Assembly (NCBI GenBank): GCA_963763775.1 | Contig: CAVXPZ010000001.1 | Span: 1,507,473-1,571,472 of the forward strand | Direction: 5' to 3' | Origin: an uncultured Chloroflexia bacterium | GTDB taxonomy: Bacteria > Chloroflexota > Limnocylindria > Limnocylindrales > CSP1-4 | DNA: 64,000 nucleotides | Shown: one piece after another, positions 10,298-19,888 of the stretch | Numbering within the stretch: the stretch's first letter is position 1 | Layout of the letters: every line of letters begins with the position of its first letter | Notes under the pieces: model-generated | Database searches by the model: none | What the model was told of the DNA's origin: nothing | Seen by the model: the letters and a program-made list of their open reading frames with translations, nothing else | Program-made: the position numbers and the translations under genes

Positions 10298-11005
10298 ATG
10301 CCGACTGCCCCATCGAAGCTCGCCATCGTCGTCCGCGGGGGCTGGGACGGCCACGCGCCCATCGAGGCGACGGACCTGTTCATCCCGCACCTCGAGGCGA
10401 ACGGCTACGAGGTCCGGATCTTCGACTCGCCGGCGCCGTACGCCGATCCGGACCTGATGGCGCGGACCGACCTGATCATGCAGTGCAACACCATGGCGAC
10501 GATCGCTCGCGACGAGCTTGCGGGCCTGCGAGCGGCGATCGCCAACGGGACCGGCATGGCGGGCTGGCATGGCGGGATCGCCGATTCGTATCGCAACTCG
10601 TCCGACTACTTCCAGCTCATCGGCGCCCAGTTCGCGTGCCATCCGGGCAAGGACCCGGCGACGATCACCGGCGACGGACCCGAGAACAACTACGTGCCGT
10701 ACACGGTCAACCTGCTGCCGGCCGCGGCCGACCACCCCATCACCCGGGGCCTCGCGGACTTCGACCTGGTCACCGAGCAGTACTGGGTGCTCTGGGACCG
10801 CTATCTCGACGTCCTCGCGACGACGACCCAGAAGGTCCGGCCGTGGGATGCGTGGCACCGCGAGATCACCTCGCCCGCCATCTGGACGCGGCGCTGGGGC
10901 AAGGGCCGGATCTTCGTCTGCACCCCCGGCCACAGCCTCGACGTCCTCGCCCATCCGACCGTCCATACCGTCATCGAGCGGGGGCTGCTGTGGGCCGGCC
11001 GGTGA
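10298..11005 (+). CDS. ThuA domain-containing protein
   Basis: VRGGWDGHAP, GMAGWHGGIADS, HPITRGLADF, EQYW, WGKGRIFVCTPGH. Confidence 0.85.
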   Translation: MPTAPSKLAIVVRGGWDGHAPIEATDLFIPHLEANGYEVRIFDSPAPYADPDLMARTDLIMQCNTMATIARDELAGLRAAIANGTGMAGWHGGIADSYRNSSDYFQLIGAQFACHPGKDPATITGDGPENNYVPYTVNLLPAAADHPITRGLADFDLVTEQYWVLWDRYLDVLATTTQKVRPWDAWHREITSPAIWTRRWGKGRIFVCTPGHSLDVLAHPTVHTVIERGLLWAGR

Positions 11006-12105
11006 GGATCGGGATGATCGGTTGCGGCGCGATCGCCCGGCAGTACCTCGACACCGCCCGCCGGCTCGACGCGATCGAGATCGTGGCGGCGGCGGATCGC
11101 GTCCCGGCCCGCGCCACCGCGGTCGAGGCGGCCGAGGGCATCCCCGCGATGCCGGTGGCCGACCTCCTCGCGAATGCCGAGGTGGATGTCGTCCTGAACC
11201 TCACGATCCCGGCCGCCCACGCCGCCATCGCCCTCCAGGCGATCGCCGCGGGCAAGGCGGTCTACGGCGAGAAGCCGCTGGCAGCGACGACCGCGGAGGC
11301 GCGCTCGATCCTCGAGGCTGCCGGGGCGGCCGGCGTGCAGGTCGGCTGCGCGCCCGACACGGTCCTGGGAACGGGGATCCAGACGGCGCGGAAGGCCGTC
11401 GACGACGGACGGATCGGGGCCCCGATCGCGGCGACCGCGACCATGGTCACGCCCGGCCATGAGCGCTGGCACCCCGATCCCGACTTCTACTACCAGCCCG
11501 GCGGCGGCCCGCTTCTGGACATGGGGCCGTACTACGTGACCGCCCTCGTCACGATCCTCGGCCCGGTCGTCGCCGCCATCGGCGCCGCGAGCCGCACGCG
11601 CGGGACGCGGACGATCCGCTCGGGCGCGCGCGCCGGCGAGACGGTCCCGGTCGCCGTCGACAGCCACGTGACGGGCGCCCTGATCCACGAGTCGGGCGCG
11701 ATCTCGACGCTCGTCATGAGCTTCGACGCGGTCGCCTCCAGGGCGTCGCGGATCGAGATCCACGGGGAGCTGGGGTCGCTCATCGCGCCGGACCCGAACC
11801 TGTTCCGCGGCGACGTCGAGCTGCGCGAGCTCGACGGGACCGGCTGGGTCACGCTCCCGATCAGCGCCGGGTACGAGCGCAGCTCGCGCGGCTACGGGAT
11901 CGCGGACCTGGCGGCGACCCCCGCCGGAGAGGAGCCGCGCGCCGGTGGCGCCCTCGCGTTCCACGTGCTGGACGTCATGGAATCGCTCCTGGAGTCGGCC
12001 CGGACCGGTCGCCGGGTCGACGTCGCGAGCCGCTGCCCGCGGCCGGCGCAGGTGCCGCTCCAGTCGCTGCCGAGCTCGGACGCGGAGATCCCGACCTACC
12101 ACTAG
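11002..12105 (+). CDS. Gfo/Idh/MocA family oxidoreductase
   Basis: IGCGAIA, EKPLA, APDTVLG, WHPDPDFYY.PGGGPLLDMGPYY. GTG overlaps the ThuA stop. Confidence 0.9.
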   Translation: MRIGMIGCGAIARQYLDTARRLDAIEIVAAADRVPARATAVEAAEGIPAMPVADLLANAEVDVVLNLTIPAAHAAIALQAIAAGKAVYGEKPLAATTAEARSILEAAGAAGVQVGCAPDTVLGTGIQTARKAVDDGRIGAPIAATATMVTPGHERWHPDPDFYYQPGGGPLLDMGPYYVTALVTILGPVVAAIGAASRTRGTRTIRSGARAGETVPVAVDSHVTGALIHESGAISTLVMSFDAVASRASRIEIHGELGSLIAPDPNLFRGDVELRELDGTGWVTLPISAGYERSSRGYGIADLAATPAGEEPRAGGALAFHVLDVMESLLESARTGRRVDVASRCPRPAQVPLQSLPSSDAEIPTYH

Positions 12106-12198
12106 CCGGGCTCGGCGGTCACGCTGCGACGGCCCGGGCACCGACTCGCGGTATCTTCGGAACGGCGTCAACCGACGCACACATGTAGAGGTCACGCC

Positions 12199-13122
12199 GT
12201 GGCTGCCCCGCTCACCGATGCCGCGATCGCCAAGATGCGCGAGATGATCGTCAGCGGGGAGTTGGCGACCGGCGCACCGCCGATCCGGGTCGACGCGCAC
12301 CAGCACTTCTGGGACATCGAGAGCGGCCGATACGCGTGGCCGACGCCTGAAGACGGCCAGATCTATCGCACCTTCACGCCGGCCGACCTCGAGCCCGAAC
12401 TCGAGCCCGCCGGGATCGACGCCACGGTCCTCGTCCAGACGGTCGACACGCTCGACGACACCGACGCGATGCTGGCCGACGCCGGCCGCCACCCGTTCAT
12501 CGCGGCGGTCGTCGGCTGGGTGCCACTCGCTGACGTCAGCGCCACGGAGCGCGCCCTCGATTCCCGGCCCGACCCTCGACTGCGCGGGATCCGCCACCTG
12601 ATCCACCAGGAGCGCGACCCCGATTGGCTGCTCCGTGCTGACGTCGGGGACGGCCTGCGGACCCTCTCGGCTCGAGGCCTGGCGTTCGACGTCGTCGCCG
12701 TGTTCCCGGAGCACCTTCGCCTGGTCCCGATCGTCGCCGACCGCCACCCGGACCTGACACTCGTCATCGACCACCTGGCCAAGCCGCCGTTCCGGTCGCC
12801 CGGCTGGGCGCAGTGGCACGACCAACTCCGCGACGCGGCGGCTCGCCCCAACGTCGTGGCCAAGCTGTCCGGCCTCGACACCGCCGCTGGGCCAGGCTGG
12901 ACCGACGATGGACTCCGCCCGGCCGTCGATGCCGCGCTGGAGACGTTCGGGCCAGGGCGCCTGATGTTCGGCAGTGATTGGCCCGTGTGCCGCCTCACGT
13001 CCACGTATGACCAGGTCATCCGGGCGATCGAGCGGCTCGTTGCGCCACTGACCGAGGCCGAGCGCCGGGCCGTCATGGGCGGGACCGCCGCTCGCGTCTA
13101 CGGGATCCGGCCAACGGCCTGA
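12199..13122 (+). CDS. Amidohydrolase (probable L-fucono-1,5-lactonase) with an N-terminal GntR-like remnant
   Basis: DAHQHFW, GIRH, IDHLAKP, KLSG, LMFGSDWPV. The first ~25 aa resemble a GntR/FadR N-terminus. Confidence 0.85.
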   Translation: MAAPLTDAAIAKMREMIVSGELATGAPPIRVDAHQHFWDIESGRYAWPTPEDGQIYRTFTPADLEPELEPAGIDATVLVQTVDTLDDTDAMLADAGRHPFIAAVVGWVPLADVSATERALDSRPDPRLRGIRHLIHQERDPDWLLRADVGDGLRTLSARGLAFDVVAVFPEHLRLVPIVADRHPDLTLVIDHLAKPPFRSPGWAQWHDQLRDAAARPNVVAKLSGLDTAAGPGWTDDGLRPAVDAALETFGPGRLMFGSDWPVCRLTSTYDQVIRAIERLVAPLTEAERRAVMGGTAARVYGIRPTA

Positions 13123-13251
13123 CGCTACCGGGTGATCTGCTCCGTCACGAGTTCATCATGAACCTCAGGCGCTCGCCCGCCGGGCCCATCGCCAGGACGT
13201 GGCCTCCGGCGTGCTCGACGGCCGTCGCGCGGCCGATCGGACGTCGCGCCG

Positions 13252-14316
13252 ATGCGGTGTGAGCGGCCGGGACCGTACGATGTCGGCGACAGGAGGTGGG
13301 ATGCCGTCGATGACGACGCCCGAGGTCGACGACTGCCCGGCGATGGACTCGAACAGCTGGTTCGCCCCGCGATCGAGGCGGGTGGTTCAGGCCGCCGCGA
13401 TCATGCGCGAGTGGCGTCTGGCATCGGCCGGCTTGGATCATGGTCGGACGACCTTGGGTCCCTGCCCGGCAAAGCCGGTCTGGGGCTTGCCGTGGGCCTG
13501 TGGCTCTTGATCATCGTGCTGTCGGCGCGCGGGCAGGTGTGGAGCGCGGCGCAAGAGGCCTGGTGCTACTGGATCCCCTCGATCCTGGATCCCTATCGGC
13601 AGTCCGACTGGACCAGCCCGGTCGCCTACGTGTACTCACCGGCCTTCCTCCAGGTCATCGCGCCGCTCCGGGCGCTCAGCTGGCCCATGTTCGTCGCCGT
13701 TTGGACCGCCCTGCTCCTCGGTGCCGTGACCTATCTGACGGGCCTTCGGCTCCTCTGGATCGGCGTCCTGGTCGCCGCCACAGAGCTGTACGGCGGCAAC
13801 ATCTCGCTCTTCCTGGCCGTGGCCATCGTGCTCGGCTTCCGCTGGCCGGTGACCTGGGCGATCGTCATCCTCACCAAGGTCACGCCCGGCATCGGGCTGC
13901 TGTGGTTCGCGGTGCGGCGTGAGTGGCGGAACCTCGGCATCGCCCTCGCCGCGACCGTCCTCGTGGCCGGCGCATCGGCCGTGGCCATGCCAGTGGCGTG
14001 GCAACAATGGGCACACGTCCTGATGGCGAACGCGGGTCGCGACGGGACATGGGCTGCCGTCCCGATCGCGTTGTGGATCCGGTTGCCGATGGCCGTCGCG
14101 CTCGTGGTGTGGGGGGCGAGGACCGACCGGCGCTGGACGGTCCCGGTCGCGTCGATGCTGGCCTTGCCCGCACTCTGGTTCGGCAGCCTCAGCATGATCC
14201 TCGCGGTGATCGCCCTCCGGCGGATGGGTGAGCCGGCCGGATCCGCCGTCGGTCGTGCCGACCTCGTGGACGATCAGGGAGCGAAGCCCGCCGCCCCGAC
14301 CCTCGTGCGCGCATAG
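13252..14316 (+). CDS. GT87/DUF2029-like multi-pass membrane glycosyltransferase (start uncertain)
   Basis: YVYSPAF, ELYGGNISLFLA, TKVTPGIGLLW and many TM helices. Confidence 0.7.
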   Translation: MRCERPGPYDVGDRRWDAVDDDARGRRLPGDGLEQLVRPAIEAGGSGRRDHARVASGIGRLGSWSDDLGSLPGKAGLGLAVGLWLLIIVLSARGQVWSAAQEAWCYWIPSILDPYRQSDWTSPVAYVYSPAFLQVIAPLRALSWPMFVAVWTALLLGAVTYLTGLRLLWIGVLVAATELYGGNISLFLAVAIVLGFRWPVTWAIVILTKVTPGIGLLWFAVRREWRNLGIALAATVLVAGASAVAMPVAWQQWAHVLMANAGRDGTWAAVPIALWIRLPMAVALVVWGARTDRRWTVPVASMLALPALWFGSLSMILAVIALRRMGEPAGSAVGRADLVDDQGAKPAAPTLVRA

Positions 14317-14322
14317 CCTCGT

Positions 14323-15141
14323 TCAGGGCCGACGCGGACCGCCCGCGTCCATCGACAGGTGCGGGTCCCGGGTCCTGCCCAGATAGGCGATGACCGGCAC
14401 CATCAGGAGGGGCAGGTCCTTCACGCTGTACAGCCAGCCCTCAGGACCGCGCGCATCGACCACCGCCCGCAGCCAATCCGGGATCAGCGGGATGAGTGGC
14501 AGCGTGAGGACGACCAGGATCCCGGCCGTGATCCACCAGCCGCGGGTCCGGATGCCGATCAGGGCGAACGGCAGGATGGATGGCTTGAGCAGGATGAGCG
14601 CGCCCGGCCACTTCCAGCGCAGCGCCGCCGCCACGAGCGCGGCGAAGACGATCACCGGCGCGCCTCGGAAGTAGAGGACCGGTTGATCCGGAAAGGCCAG
14701 GCAGACGAGGATCGCGGCCACCGCCCACAGCGCGGGTCGCCACGACCAGACCACGTAGCCCAGGAGCCCGACCGCGAGGACCCACCAGAGCTGGTACGGC
14801 AGCACCAGGAACGGGATGAACAGGTAGAGCATCGTCGGCGGGTAGAGCACGTCGCCAAGCACGATCGGGTACGGGCCGTGGAGCTGACGAGGCAGGTAGA
14901 AGCCGTCGCCAGCAAGCCACGAGCGGCTCGCTTCGACGTAGCCACGCAGGTCGGCGCCCCAGTCGGTCCCGCGGAGATCCGTGTACGGAAACCCGATCAG
15001 CAACTGGGCGACGATCGCCACGCTCGCGACGCCGATCACCGCGAGCGTCGCACCGCGGGCCACGCGGTCCCACGGGACGCCCGTCAGGACGTCGCCGGTC
15101 GCCCCCGTCTCTCGCCGCGATGTTCCGAGATCCTCTGACAT
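14323..15141 (-). CDS. GT87/DUF2029-like multi-pass membrane glycosyltransferase
   Basis: DLRGY..A...WLAGDGFY, LYPP, LLKPS and TM helices. Confidence 0.7.
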   Translation of the reverse strand: MSEDLGTSRRETGATGDVLTGVPWDRVARGATLAVIGVASVAIVAQLLIGFPYTDLRGTDWGADLRGYVEASRSWLAGDGFYLPRQLHGPYPIVLGDVLYPPTMLYLFIPFLVLPYQLWWVLAVGLLGYVVWSWRPALWAVAAILVCLAFPDQPVLYFRGAPVIVFAALVAAALRWKWPGALILLKPSILPFALIGIRTRGWWITAGILVVLTLPLIPLIPDWLRAVVDARGPEGWLYSVKDLPLLMVPVIAYLGRTRDPHLSMDAGGPRRP

Positions 15142-15203
15142 CCACGCTCCCGATCGTGCCACCGAGCCTAGCACCGGGCTTCACGCGCCCGCGATCCGCC
15201 ACA

Positions 15204-15232
15204 TTGAACCGATCGCGGCCTGACGCTGGACT
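15204..15232 (+). promoter_or_regulatory. Degenerate sigma70-type promoter in front of tRNA-Gly fragment 1
   Basis: TTGAAC (15204-15209), 17 bp spacer, TGGACT (15227-15232). Same position relative to the fragment as TAGAAT before fragment 3. Confidence 0.4.
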
Positions 15233-15237
15233 CAGGT

Positions 15238-15289
15238 CCTCCCGAGCGGGAGTAACTCAGTCGGCAGAGTGTCACCTTCCCAAGCCGAC
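15238..15289 (+). repeat. tRNA-Gly(CCC) 5'-half fragment 1 (att-like scar)
   Basis: CCTCCCGA-GCGGGAGTAACTCAGTCGGCAGAGTGTCACCTTCCCAAGC-CGAC. Two mismatches to 27329-27376, then divergence. Confidence 0.9.
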
Positions 15290-15369
15290 ACCCTTTGGCT
15301 TGTGACGGGCGACGCCGAAGTGGACTGGAAGCTGCTCGAGCATGTGGGCATGCTGCTGCACGCGAGTCG

Positions 15370-17430
15370 CTAGGGCTTCGACTCGCTGATGACCTTGGCG
15401 TCGACCGTGGCGTTGACCTTGTCCTGACTCGCCCCCACGGCGACCGTCTGCTTCACCGTCTTCTTACCGCCCTCCGGCTTGAACGTGAGGTCGGCGAGGG
15501 AACCATCCGGCTGGAAACCGCCCAGCAACGCGATCATGAAGGGGCCGGTCATGCCGTCCGGCCCGAGCTGCAGGAATTGACCGAGGCTGATGCCAAGGCA
15601 GCTCCCTGAGTCCAGGACCTTCGACGACTTGTCGTAGTTGACCTTCCAGTCACGCGGCACGGTCTCGTCGAGGACGGGATTCGACTGACCCTGCCGCCCG
15701 ATCTCGGCGATCGGCCGCTTGGCGGTCAGGACGACGGTGCCCTGCTCCTTGAACGGTGTCGGACACGGGACATCGCCGTTGATCCGCATCGTGCCCTTGA
15801 CCGGTCCTGACCCACGGTAGGTCCCATCGGGCTGGAGCTCCAGGACGACCTTGGGGATCGAGATGGTCGTCGTGTACGACACACCGAGTGCACTGACCGT
15901 GAGCGTCCCATTGATCCCCACCTCGAGCTTCTTGGCGCCGGTGTGGAAGATCAGCGTGAGTTTCGCGATCCCCTGCCTCGACGTGGCGGTGAGCCGCACG
16001 TAGGCATCCTTGCCGTCCTGGTCCGGCGCGACGTAGCTCAGGCTCCCGGGTGGTTTCTCGACGGTCTTGGGGTCGAGCGACTCCTTGCCATCCAGCTCGG
16101 CCACGATCTTGACCGGCGGCACGGTCTGGCCGTACCGATGGTCGAGCCCGACATCGAACTGGGTCGTGCTGCCCTTGTCGACCTCCTCGGTGTGGGTCGG
16201 CTTGGCGTTGTTGGCGAAGGCACTCATCGGGATGTAGCTCGGCGCGGTCACGATCATGCAGCGGGTATCGCGCCAGACTTCCTGCGCGTGCCGATACGCG
16301 GGATTCATCGTCACGAAGTCGTAGCCGGCGCTGCCGGTGATCTGCCCGATCATCGCGGGGGTCACGTCACCGGACCCCTTGACGTCGGTCTTGGCGCCGC
16401 TCCAGCCCCCGACGGTCCCCGAGCCCTCGGCGATCGGGGCCGGGACGCCGTCGGAGATGCCCGTCGTTGCGACGGTGTACTCGCCGTCGCTGGTCGTCTC
16501 GTCGCCGTCCGTGGTCGTGGACCGGTGGAACTTCTCGTGGTGCGTATAGGCCTGGGTGATGGCTCCGAGCGTCGCGGTATCGTCCGTCGTGCCTTCGAAC
16601 GTGCTCGATTGGTCGCTCGAGCCCGTCGCGTTCGATCCGCTGCCGCCGGGCCCGCCCGACGTCGATGCCGTGATCTGGATGGACGTGTCGAGCGAGGCTG
16701 GCACGAGCCCGGCCGCGTTCGGGCAGGCATCGAGCTGACCGAAGAGTCGCGTCTTGTTGCTGTCGGTGAGGACCGTCTGGCCGGTCGCGGTGTCGGTCAC
16801 GGTCTCGTCGATATCGGTCGTCATCTCCAGCTTGCCGACGGAGCCGGACGTCGAGTAGGTGACGACGGTGTGGATCGTCGCCGTGCTGCTTCGCCCGCCA
16901 TCGGTCTGGGTGAACGACTTCGTTCCGAGGTCGTTGACATGGGGGTTGTCGGCCGGGTACCCGATGATCTCGACCGCGCCGGCCATGAGCGGCCCGAACT
17001 GGGTACGGGACAGGTCGGGTGGGGACTTGAATGCCGCCTCGATGATCGCCGACTTCGCATCGGGCAACGTTCGCCTCGAGATCGCCCCGGTCTCCGTGTC
17101 GATCAGGAGGGCGAGGATCGCATCGGCATCAGGCCCGAGCGACTCGCGGATCCCCATCGCCTCCAGGAGCGCGAGATGGTCGTTCACCGGATCGAGCGGC
17201 TGCCCCTCACGAGAGGCTGCGTCCGCGACGACCGCGTCCAGGGTCGCCTGGAGCGAGCCATCGGCTGGCGGCGCGATCGGAACGGCCGGCGAACTCACGG
17301 ACCCGCTGGCTACTGGACTCGAGGCGACGATCGTGGTCGTCGCCGCCGGGCTGGGCGTGGCGACGTTCGGGCTCCCGCACGCGCTGAGGATGACCGTGAC
17401 CGTCATCAGCAGGCCGAGCAGCCGCAACAT
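15370..17430 (-). CDS. Large hypothetical lipoprotein
   Basis: MLRLLGLLMTVTVILSAC lipobox, S/P/A linker and T/S/G-rich beta-strand-like body. Family not recognised. Confidence 0.8.
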   Translation of the reverse strand: MLRLLGLLMTVTVILSACGSPNVATPSPAATTTIVASSPVASGSVSSPAVPIAPPADGSLQATLDAVVADAASREGQPLDPVNDHLALLEAMGIRESLGPDADAILALLIDTETGAISRRTLPDAKSAIIEAAFKSPPDLSRTQFGPLMAGAVEIIGYPADNPHVNDLGTKSFTQTDGGRSSTATIHTVVTYSTSGSVGKLEMTTDIDETVTDTATGQTVLTDSNKTRLFGQLDACPNAAGLVPASLDTSIQITASTSGGPGGSGSNATGSSDQSSTFEGTTDDTATLGAITQAYTHHEKFHRSTTTDGDETTSDGEYTVATTGISDGVPAPIAEGSGTVGGWSGAKTDVKGSGDVTPAMIGQITGSAGYDFVTMNPAYRHAQEVWRDTRCMIVTAPSYIPMSAFANNAKPTHTEEVDKGSTTQFDVGLDHRYGQTVPPVKIVAELDGKESLDPKTVEKPPGSLSYVAPDQDGKDAYVRLTATSRQGIAKLTLIFHTGAKKLEVGINGTLTVSALGVSYTTTISIPKVVLELQPDGTYRGSGPVKGTMRINGDVPCPTPFKEQGTVVLTAKRPIAEIGRQGQSNPVLDETVPRDWKVNYDKSSKVLDSGSCLGISLGQFLQLGPDGMTGPFMIALLGGFQPDGSLADLTFKPEGGKKTVKQTVAVGASQDKVNATVDAKVISESKP

Positions 17431-17503
17431 CGTCGGAGTATGCCCCTTCAGCCGGGCTTGCCGGCGGCTCCAGACGGCGTACACGCTCCGCGCTAGACGG
17501 AGG

Positions 17504-17581
17504 CCTCCGAGCGGGAGTACTCAGTCGGCCGGACCAGCTTCCCACGCCGAATGTCGCGGGTTCGATCCGACTCATGCTCCA
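17504..17581 (+). pseudogene. Degenerate near-full-length tRNA-Gly copy (fragment 2)
   Basis: CCTCCGA-GCGGGAGTACTCAGTCGGCCGGACCAGCTTCCCACGCCGAATGTCGCGGGTTCGATCCGACTCATGCTCCA aligns with the intact tRNA but its stems are broken. Confidence 0.8.
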
Positions 17582-17681
17582 CTCCTGGTTCCTCGACACA
17601 ACCCGGTTCGATTCACCGACGGGAAATCGTACTCTGGGACTTGACTGCGGCCAGGCATCCGGTGAGGCCTCGCCTGAGCCG

Positions 17682-19076
17682 TCAGCGCCCAGTCGGCTGC
17701 CAGTAGAAGGTGCGGCCAGGATCACCTGGCTCGGACATCGTGGTGACCCGGCCGGGCGCGTCGATGGCCGCCAGCGCCTCTGTCAGGTCAGCCAGGGGCT
17801 GGGCATCGTGCGGCGTGACGTCCAGCGCGACGCTCCAGAACCGGGCGTCGTCGCCCGAGCCGCCGCCGACACGAAGATGCGTGTCATCGAGCCAATCGAC
17901 GCAGCAAAGCCGGCGATCGGTCGCGTCGGATCCGGTCTCGATGCGCTCGACGTGGCCAGACGCGAGATCGGCGACGTAGACGGTCGTCTCCGGCGACGTA
18001 TCCGTGACCCACCGTTGCCAGGCGAAGGCGATCCGCGTGCCGTCGGGTGACCAGCGCGGCCCCAGGACCGAAACGTCCGCATCGAGCGCGACCTTGGCGG
18101 GATCCGTGCCATCGGCGTTCACGATCCAGAGTTCGCGGGTGTCGTTGCTCTCGTCCAGGACGGTATACGCGATCCGGCTCCCATCCGGTGACCAGGCGGG
18201 CAATTCCAGCGCCAGCTGCCGATCGCGTGTCTGATCCTTCACGAGCGTCTTGCCCAGGTCAAGCTGCTGGCGGGTCCGCAGGTCGAGCGTGCCCAGCGTG
18301 TGGCAATAGGTTCCGGCCGTCTCGGCGATGGCGGCGGCCAGGACCACCTCGACCCCGCCGATGACACCGACCGTCGATCGGGCCGAGCAGTGCACTGTTC
18401 GGACGAAGACCACGTGCTCGCCGTCCCCGGCGACGTCGAACGCGGTCCACTGCTCCGGTTCAGGGACCACGACACCGGTGTCGACGAAGTCGCCGATCGT
18501 CTCGCCGACCTCGGCGACGAGGATGTGGCCGGAATTCGCGACCAGCCGCGTACCATCCGGGGACCACGCGACATCCAGGGCACGATCGGCTTGGAGCTCG
18601 TGCGCGCCGGTCCCGTCCGCACGCATCGCCCACGTGCTCGGCAGCCTCGACACCAGCGATCCCCCGCTCGAGGGCACCGATCCCCGACTGCGGGCAAAGG
18701 CGACCCAGGGAGCTGGACCGACAGCGTCGGGCGAGGCCGCCGGCGTGGAGGAGGGCCGTGCCGTGGACGGGGCCGCCGATGGCGTCGCCGAGCCTTGGGG
18801 CAGAGCTGCCGGCGCGACCGGCGGCATGCGGACCAAGCCGGATCCCACGGCCACGGTCCCGACCAGCGCGGCGACCACGAGTACGACGACGGCCGTCAGC
18901 ATGAGCCGCCGGTCGCCCGTGCCGCGTGATCGCACGGGGATCCCCAGCTGGACGGCGGTCAGGCGTTCCGTGTGCCCGAGCGCAGCCGCCCGCTGCTCGA
19001 TCACGGTCCAGAGCTCCGGCATCGGTGCTCGGTCGAGCGTGGCGAAGCGGTCACGGAGGTCAGGCATCGTCGTCAC
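17682..19076 (-). CDS. Putative membrane-anchored anti-sigma factor with TolB-like beta-propeller
   Basis: Short cytoplasmic N-terminus, one TM helix, P/S/A linker and repeated WSPDG motifs. Overlaps the 3' end of the ECF sigma gene. Confidence 0.75.
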   Translation of the reverse strand: MTTMPDLRDRFATLDRAPMPELWTVIEQRAAALGHTERLTAVQLGIPVRSRGTGDRRLMLTAVVVLVVAALVGTVAVGSGLVRMPPVAPAALPQGSATPSAAPSTARPSSTPAASPDAVGPAPWVAFARSRGSVPSSGGSLVSRLPSTWAMRADGTGAHELQADRALDVAWSPDGTRLVANSGHILVAEVGETIGDFVDTGVVVPEPEQWTAFDVAGDGEHVVFVRTVHCSARSTVGVIGGVEVVLAAAIAETAGTYCHTLGTLDLRTRQQLDLGKTLVKDQTRDRQLALELPAWSPDGSRIAYTVLDESNDTRELWIVNADGTDPAKVALDADVSVLGPRWSPDGTRIAFAWQRWVTDTSPETTVYVADLASGHVERIETGSDATDRRLCCVDWLDDTHLRVGGGSGDDARFWSVALDVTPHDAQPLADLTEALAAIDAPGRVTTMSEPGDPGRTFYWQPTGR

Positions 19077-19551
19077 CCAGGAGTTGGCGGAGCCGGCGCC
19101 GACCGCGACTAAGGTTGGCCCGGACGGCCAGTCCGTTCGATCCCAGTCGCTGCGCGATCTGACTGATCGGCAGGTCGGCGTAGTAGAAGAGCACGACCGC
19201 GGCGCGCTGACTCTCGGGGAGTCGGCGCAGGGCCTCGAGGAGGTCAGGATCGGCGTAGCGGTCCACGTGGTCGGTGGTCGGGGTGGACACCTGGCCGGCC
19301 ATCCGGCCGGCCTTCAGGGCGCCCGAGGCGATCCGGAACGCCGCCCGCCACGTCCAGGCCTGCGGGTCGCGTACCGCCGCTCCCCGACGCAGGACTTGCG
19401 CATAGGCCTCCGCGACGGCATCGCTGGCGATCTCCGGATCGGCGGCGAAGGCGTAGACCGCGTGCCAAAGCCGATCGGCGTCCGAGCGGTAGATCGCCTC
19501 GACCGTCTGCTCTGCTTCGATGACCGGGACCGCGCTTTCCATCATCCGCAT
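19060..19551 (-). CDS. ECF RNA polymerase sigma factor
   Basis: Region 2 (ASDAVAEAY..WTWRAAFR) and region 4 (LPESQRAAVVLFYYADLPISQIAQRLG..VRANLSRGRRRL). Confidence 0.9.
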   Translation of the reverse strand: MRMMESAVPVIEAEQTVEAIYRSDADRLWHAVYAFAADPEIASDAVAEAYAQVLRRGAAVRDPQAWTWRAAFRIASGALKAGRMAGQVSTPTTDHVDRYADPDLLEALRRLPESQRAAVVLFYYADLPISQIAQRLGSNGLAVRANLSRGRRRLRQLLGDDDA

Positions 19552-19707
19552 AGGGACCGTTTCTGGTCAAAAGGTGACATCCGAGGGAGCCGGGCTGAGG
19601 GTCGACGCGCCGGTGCCCCGGGTCGTGGTGACCGCGGGCGGCCCGGAGGCTAGATCGTTGCTCCGGGCACATCACGCCTCGTCCGGCTGACCTTGGCTCG
19701 CATCAAC

Positions 19708-19774
19708 TAGAATGTCTGCCTCCCGAGCGGGAGTAACTCAGTTGGCAGAGTGTCAGCTTCCCAAGCCGACTGTC
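19708..19774 (+). repeat. tRNA-Gly(CCC) 5'-half fragment 3 with -10 box
   Basis: TAGAAT at 19708-19713. 19719-19766 is identical to 27329-27376 (48 bp), followed by CGACTGTC versus TGAATGTC in the intact gene. Confidence 0.92.
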
Positions 19775-19856
19775 TGGCCCCCTGCCGACCTGGCCCAGCC
19801 GAGCCCTCCCGCCTCGTGGTTTGAGAGTTGTGAGAGTCCCCTGAGCCGGTGGACGA

Positions 19857-19888
19857 AGAGAACTAGTTGCGCATGCAACCAGTTCTCT
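19857..19888. repeat. 14-bp inverted repeat (hairpin or protein-binding site)
   Basis: AGAGAACTAGTTGC-GCAT-GCAACCAGTTCTCT, one mismatch. Confidence 0.75.

Noticed and set aside
15238-19774. Additional functional tRNA genes or a split tRNA
   Set aside because: Two copies lack the T arm and 3' acceptor strand, the third has broken stems, and no separate 3' half with complementary leader was seen.
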